From the NCBI GenBank assembly GCA_002245135.1, contig NGBS01001169.1, positions 124,001 through 186,864 of the forward strand: a DNA stretch of 62,864 nt, read 5' to 3'. The notes beneath the pieces are model-generated. The model was given only the letters and a program-made list of their open reading frames with translations, was not told the origin of the DNA and did not search any database. Source of the DNA: Proteromonas lacertae. Lineage: Eukaryota. The position numbers and the translations under genes were made by a program. This document shows, piece by piece, positions 56,201-62,864 of this stretch; within the stretch, counting starts at the first letter, position 1, and every line of letters begins with the position of its first letter.

Positions 56201-57590
56201 AGAAGAAAAGAGCAAATTAGTTAATCAATATCAACAACAAATCAACGATATTACAGTAGAAAGAGATAATCTCTCTAAAGAGATTGAAGAAAAACAATTA
56301 ACAATATCTGAATTAGAGAGAAATATAAATGAATTAGCATCACAAAAAGATAGTTTATTGAAAGAGGTGACTGTGAAACAATCAACAATAAATGAACAAA
56401 TATCATCCATAGAAAAATTAAAATCTGATTTAGATGTTTCAATTCAGAAGATTCAATCAATTGAAATCGAAAAAGATAAAATTGAATCACAATATAAAGA
56501 TAAATTAAATGAATGTGATAATAGAATAAACGAATTAATAAATGAAACAACAAATATTGAATCATTGAATGAAGAAATAAAAACCTTAAAGCAAAACATT
56601 GAAGAAAAAGAAATACAAATACATGAACAAAATACAACAATAGAAAATAATGAATGCGAATTACATAATCTTCAAGATTCAGTTAAAAGCTTAACTACAC
56701 AATTGAGTGAAAAGGATTCTGAAATTGAGAATCTTCAATCTCAAATCTCAAACAGTAAATCAATTGATGAATTAACTAAAGAGAATGAAACATTAAATGA
56801 AATAGTGAGCAATAAAGAAATTGAAATATTAAACTTAGAGAGTAAATTACAAGAATTATCTGAAAAAGTAAAAGATTCAGAAAAGAGAGATTCAAAAGTT
56901 GTTGAGGATTTACAATCACAAATTGATTCATTAAAAAATGAATTATTATTATCAGATACAGAACTGAAAGCTGTATCTGAATTAAAAGAAAAAATAACAA
57001 GTCAAAAAGCAGATATAAAGAATCTCACATCTAAATTACAAGAAAAATCAAAAATAATAGAAACACTACAATCAAAATTAAGTACAATTGATGACAACAC
57101 TGAAAGCTCTAAGCAATTAGATGATAAATCATTGAGAAATGAATATAATGCATTAAAAACTTTATATAAATCAGCATTAACAGAATTAGAAACATCTAGA
57201 CAAAGAGTAGTCAAATTAGAAAAAGTGAAAATGACTCAAGAAATGCTTAATAAATTCAAAGCAGTTTATGAAAAATATCAAAAAGCTCAAAAACAAATAG
57301 CTGAGTTAAAGAAAGAGTTGGAAGATGAAAAATCAAAGAAAGAAGATAAAAGAGAAGCGCAAAAGAGAAAACAGAATTCACTATTTAGTCCACAAAGACA
57401 AACTAAAAGACATTACTCAATTAACTCAGATGACAAAGAGAATGTTCCTTTAAATACAAATGCACCACCTCCAATATTAGAACCTGCTGATAAGAAAATA
57501 AAAACAAAAAGTGAAAGTCATAATATGGCACATATAGCAATATCAGAGGATGTTTTGAATAATGAAGAAGCTCAATGCAAAACCCAATAA
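53275..57590 (+). CDS. Large coiled-coil protein with internal 50-aa repeats and a C-terminal KEN motif
   Basis: ATG-only first exon, then ORF 53354-53560 spliced to the 1332-aa heptad-rich ORF; DKENVP near the end. Confidence 0.8.
55605..56204 (+). repeat. Near-perfect 2 x 300-bp tandem repeat built from alternating 150-bp units
   Basis: Lines 55681/55981, 55741/56041 and 55801/56101 are identical; degenerate units flank the array. Confidence 0.9.
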
Positions 57591-57714
57591 GTTTTTTTAA
57601 TATATAAATCCTTTTATTAATCTTTATATGTTTTACAAGTAATTCTTTGTGTTTAATCAATCATCATTATGAAATGACATAAATAAATGCTTGAATAGGC
57701 TCGGAAAAGAAAAA

Positions 57715-58312
57715 ATGGATGAAACACAAGCAGAGCCACCACCAATTAAAAAAACAATAAAAGAAATAATGAAAGATGCAGATATGCAAGATAACAAAAT
57801 TGTATGGTTGTTTGTCTAATATTTTAGAAGAGAAGAAGAACAGATAAGGCAACACCTTCAGAAAATATTGAAAATAGCCCTACAACACAAAGATCTCAGT
57901 ATTTTATTTATATTACGTAGATTATTGAATCGACCTGCTTTAGGTGGACCTAGGATGATTTTTGTTAATGGAAAAATTGTTGTTGATAAGTCAAATTTAG
58001 TATTATGCAATATATAATTGATTTCTAGAATGTTGTTGTTAATGATTTCAATTATGATGTTCCTTCAAGAAGAAGGGGGAAAGAAAAGTATATCAACTCC
58101 TTAAATTATCGATATATAGAGCTCAGGTAACAAAAAAATGGGATGATAAAGAAACAAAACTATTTTACAAGGTATTAAGACAATGTGGAACTGATTTTTC
58201 ACTAATGGAGACATTTCTGCCTGGTCGAACGAGAAAAGAAATAAAAAATAAATATAGGAAGGAGGAAAGGCTGCATAAAGAGCTAATTGAAGAAACATTG
58301 TCTATTCGTTAA
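57715..58312 (+). CDS. BDP1: Minimal TFIIIB B'' subunit (Bdp1 SANT/Myb domain)
   Basis: GPRMIFVNGKIVVDKSNL and KWDDKETKLFYKVLRQCGTDFSLMETFLPGRTRKEIKNKYRKEER. Confidence 0.82.
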
Positions 58313-58484
58313 TTTATTTAGTTTTTTTAAGTAGTGTTTGTTTAATTACAATTAATAAAAAATTCTGAAAGAATAAAATGTGTATAAGATATGTATTTTA
58401 AAATGTTTTATAATTAGTTGAAATAATATGCCTATAAGCGTCTATCAAGATATTATATTTTATGATTGTGCATCTAGCTAGGAT

Positions 58485-59280
58485 TTACGGATACTCGTCC
58501 CTATTATTGTTCCTTCTCAAACCTTCCTTTTTTATCAGTTTCATCCTTCTTGATTTGCTTTTTTGGAGGTATTCGAACCTTTTTACATTTCTGCAGTATA
58601 TGCACAGCTTTCCTACCTCGTATTGGTTTCGTTTATAAGAATAACGGATGTAGGAATACATATCTTTTAGGTGTTTAAGTCTGTCACAAGGGTATAGCTT
58701 TTTTGCCTTGTCTTTCTTTGCCTTTGACTTACTTCTTGTACTAACGGAACCTAGCGATGATTCACTTTTCTCCCAGTCTACTAATTGGCTAACACTGTCA
58801 TATTTAGCAATAGCACAGTCTATGCATAGAAAACCATCACAGCCATCTCCAAAGCATTCGACTATTGACGAGCTGTTGTAGCACTTTGTACAATTTACTC
58901 TCTTTTCTTCTAAAGTCTGATATATTTTTATTGATTTCTCTAGATTCGATATACCATCGTTTTCTTTATCTATAATTATTTCGTCTCTTATGTCATTGAT
59001 TTTTTTTGGTTCCGTTTCTGCTCTTTCCGGCTTCTTACTATTTATAGTGATTGTTGGTAGTAATTCTGGGAGTTAGCGTATGCATATATACTCTCGAATT
59101 GATGGGTATAATAGGATTTTGCAATCCGTCACTGGTTTTGTCATCTACTGAAAGTGGCGGAATTATTGGGTTATTAGTGACATTGCTTGAGTCGTTACTA
59201 AGCATTGAGGTTGCTGGGTATACCACACATTCCATGCTATCATTAACCTTGTAGAATGCTGATGAATGTGTACTTTGCAT
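58485..59280 (-). CDS. Cys-rich PHD/ADD-like zinc-finger protein in a GC-richer segment; junction between its two frames unresolved
   Basis: Open frame 58485-59072, not in the ORF track, encodes CTKC-x8-CFGDGC-x4-CIDC...CIYC. An upstream frame begins MQSTHSSAF at 59280. Confidence 0.5.
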
Positions 59281-59630
59281 TTCAAACTGAAAAAAGATAC
59301 AATGTCGAGCTTTCATCAAGCAAATGAAAAATTTTCTATGCTATAATATCATCATAAAGCTTTCTTCTAAAAAATTCTTTCAATCACATAAATTAATTAT
59401 TCATCATTTTTGCAACACAATTAAAAGAAAATATTAGTTATCATATAATGTTTATAATTTTTTCAACTACTTAATTCATAAAAAAAATATCAATGTCCAG
59501 CATCTCTACTAATATCATGAAATGCTTGACAAAATTTTTCATTTTACATGTTAAAATGAGTTAGAACAAAAATCAAAGCATTTTAAGCTTAAATAAGTAA
59601 GCATTAATAATATAATATAGTCAACCACGC

Positions 59631-62600
59631 CTATAATCTACTTTCATAATCGTCATCGCTATATAATTCACTTCTCTTACGCTTACCTCTTCTATGTCTC
59701 TTCTTAAAGTCATTGCCGCTATATGCAATAAAAATAATTATACAATTCTCCTAAGTGCTTCTTAAGATACTCATTCCATTCAGTTATCGTTAGAGAATCA
59801 ACATAACTCCTATCATCAACTCGTAGAAGCAGTAAACCTTCCTTTTTCATTGATTTGATCCAGAGGATATGGAAGATGACTTCTATTATCTTTGTCACTC
59901 CTTGAAATATTTAATTTGGAAATACAATCACATCTAACCCATCAAACTATATATAAGACATAATAATAATACACTTCCTAAGTATTTTGGCTGACCTTTC
60001 AAGTATCTTACAATATCTTCCTCACTCTTCATTTCTGTTAAAGATTTTACTATAAACATAACCATATTAAAAAGATATCTTAATAAATTTCTGCTTCATT
60101 TCACCTGTTTCTTTATATACTATACCTTTGCATAACGCATTATTAGTGAATTTTAGGAGAGGTAACATATTATAATTCTGTGGCATAATCATTGGAAAAT
60201 ATTCTCTAAAAGTAGGGTAAAAAATAATAAACATAGGAAATATATTAGTATACTCTAAATATGAAGATAATTTTAAATGCTGTTGTTGTTGTGGTGGTAG
60301 TAGTGCTTCACTAGTCTTCTTAACCTTCTTACTTTCATCATCAGATTCATCTTCTTTTCCTTTCACTTTCTTATGTCTATGATATGGTCTCTTTGGTTTG
60401 ACATAATTATATTCTTCATCTGCTTCATCTTCAATAGCTCCATCATCTTTTTCATCACCTATTTTCTCTTTCTTGTGACTATTAAGTCTGTAAGGACGTC
60501 TGCTATAATGACGCCTCTATGTGGCTTTTTATTGCTACAAAAAATAATGCAATAAGGAATTAAATATACTTGTCGATTTTTAAAGTCAGGGTTTTTCTAA
60601 AAAGAATATATATATATAGTAAAAATATACTTGTTAATAACTCGTTTTAGTGGAATTGTAATTGTATATGTTCTTGGTTGAGGATTTGAAGTACTAAAAG
60701 CAAATAAATAGATAGTGTAAATACTCAACAATACGAAATGCCATTGTTCTATGTTGTTTACAAAATGTTTTGAATAAACTTCTATTTAAATATATAAATA
60801 CATATATATTCGTTATAAAAATACAAATCTTCATCTGTAACTGTATCAGAATAGTCATCTTCATCTTCATAGTCATTTTCATCATCTTCCTTGTCAACAT
60901 CTTTTTCACCTTCTTTACTTTCATCATCACTTTCATCATCATCATCATCTACATCTTTCATATTCTTCTTTTTCTCATCATTATTTTCTTCATCTTCTTC
61001 TACTTTTGCTTTTGTTTTTTCCACTACTTCTTCAACTCTTTTTTCCTCTTTTTTATCTATTCTCACAACTCTATTCTTACTTTCTCTTTTATTCTCTATT
61101 TCTTCATCTTCTTCTTCATTATACTCTTCATCTTCTATTTTCTTCCTTTTTAATCTTCTTCTTTCATTTTCTTCTTCCTCATCTTCTTCCATTTGTCTTA
61201 TCTCTCAGCTTTTATCTTCTCCTCTATCTCTCTTTCAGCTTTCTCTTCTTTTTCTTTTCTTTTTCTTTCTTTTTCTTCCTCTCTTTTCAATTTCTCCATT
61301 CTCCTTCTCATCTTTTCTTCCTGTTTTATTCTTTCTTGTTTGATTCTTTCTTCTCTTTTTTCTTCTTCTCTTTTCAAGTATTGTTCTTCAGTCAAATCAT
61401 CACTACTACTACTATCACTCTCAGGTCTATCCTGAAACATCAATTTCTTTACTATATATATATACAAATATATATATAATATCTATGGTTTTCTTAATGG
61501 AATTTTTCCTCTTGGTGACACTGATGTTGCAACACTTCTGGAACGTCTGAAATAAATATCATTGGAAGGTCTATTAGATTTACTTCTTCCTCTATAACTT
61601 CTCATTGGAATATGATAACTAATATTATATAATAATAATAATAATATACTAACATTTAGGATCTCTTCTATATCTGTCTTTCTCTCCATAATATATAGAT
61701 GTTGGATAATTACAGTTTTCACCTAATTTAGGTGATGTTTGAACTTCATGTTCTGATCTTGAAGATGGAGATAATGGTCTAATATTTGGTGAAGAAATAT
61801 TTAAGTCAATCTCAGGAATAGAATCATTATCATCATCATACTTACTTGTGTTGATGTAATCCAAACTTAAATCCATAGATGATTCATCTAAATAATTAGT
61901 TTGAAAACTACTATTTTTACTTTCATTAACACTACTACCTGTGCTTATTCTAGTACTATGTCTTGTTTGGATTTGATATGTTCTTGGTCTTGAGAGTCAG
62001 TCTTTATATGATCAAAACTATTAATTATTCTCATTTCTCAGAGACGATGAGAATGATAAATCTGCTATCGAAGAAGAAGAAGAAGAAGTATTTGGTGTAA
62101 ATGTAGAAGTATTAACATCAACTGAATCATTGACAGAAGATGTGGATGACCTTAATGTTGTTGTGCTGTTGTAATTGATGGTGGTGTTGGTGAATTATTC
62201 ATGAATGATGAAGTACTGGATGAAAGTAATTTCTGCTCTGTTGTTGTAATTGATGGAGGTATTTTTGTTGATGTTGTTGTTGTAATAATGATAAATTATT
62301 CATTAATACTTTTCTTTTCTTTATTTTCTCTCTATAATAAGCAGCTGGATTTAATGGAGAATAACCTTTTGGCCTACCACGTTTTCTAACTTCAGGTTGT
62401 TGTACTATTATATTTGATGATGCTGCTGCTGTTATCATATGTGGATTAGATATATTATCCATTAATCTAACACTGCTAAAAGATACTGAACTATTTTCAG
62501 CATTAACCTTAGTCGGTTGGTTTTGTTTATCATAATTTGTTTTCCTATTTTTTTAAATAAAAATAAATTATTTATACGTAATTAGAGTATTATTATTATT

Positions 62601-62780
62601 CAATGAAGAATAGAAACTATAAAAAAACAATTATTAAAAAATACATATCAGGAGGAGTTGGTAAACTAACTGCACTAGTAGAATTTTGATTATTTGTTTT
62701 ATTATCTGTATTAAGTACTTTTGGTTGATGATTGTCTTCTTCTTTATCTCTTTTATTTCAGTTGCATTCGATTCTGCCAT
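59631..62780 (-). CDS. Low-complexity, charge-rich nuclear protein(s) with an AT-hook; may be more than one gene
   Basis: RKRGRPKG AT-hook, E/K/R- and D/E-rich exons separated by short introns. ATG 62780; final stop 59631. Not all junctions are resolved. Confidence 0.45.
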
Positions 62781-62864
62781 ATTAGTACAGGTTCTTTTAA
62801 AAGTTTGATTAATTTTCTAATTGTATTTCAATGTTTTTAAAAAAATATTTTCAATGATAGATTC

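Noticed and set aside
55605..56204. CRISPR-like repeat array
   Set aside because: These are in-frame coding tandem repeats with no unique spacers, in a eukaryotic context with no cas genes.
46431..58312. Functional clustering of Pol III factors (GTF3C1 and BDP1 about 6 kb apart)
   Set aside because: They are separated by four unrelated genes, which is plausible by chance in a compact genome.
58330..59560. Terminal inverted repeats around the GC-richer island
   Set aside because: Only a short AT-rich match (tagttgaaa) was found, not distinguishable from chance.

Overview
Gene-dense, very AT-rich eukaryotic nuclear DNA with many tiny (about 25-45 nt) GT-AG introns, often containing (TA)n tracts. 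Intergenic spacers are short and the genetic code is standard. This architecture, together with gut-prokaryote-like genes, suggests an Opalinata-type stramenopile (Blastocystis/Proteromonas-like); that assignment is inference only. About 28 spliced genes were reconstructed by hand. Recognisable ones: CARM1, RSPH9, WRNIP1, an FHA-BRCT protein, SLC35B4, PGS1, two tandem Rac GTPases, a BEACH-WD40 protein, STPG1-like, a NEK kinase, histone H4 with a 3' stem-loop, GTF3C1, BolA and Bdp1. The first 25 kb is the most unusual part. It holds three multidomain pseudokinases that all carry Asn at the catalytic Asp position. Two are fused to RNI-like LRR arrays whose introns all fall in phase 1 at the same LRR register; the third carries three OGFr_N-like repeats and a CaaX tail. 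Nearby are a near-identical ~0.5 kb LRR duplication with a templated-patchwork junction, a decayed Cwp84-like protease/lectin/jacalin gene and a membrane-anchored bacterial-type solute-binding protein. No rRNA, tRNA, CRISPR array or intact transposase was recognised. All family assignments come from motif recognition by eye, not database searches.
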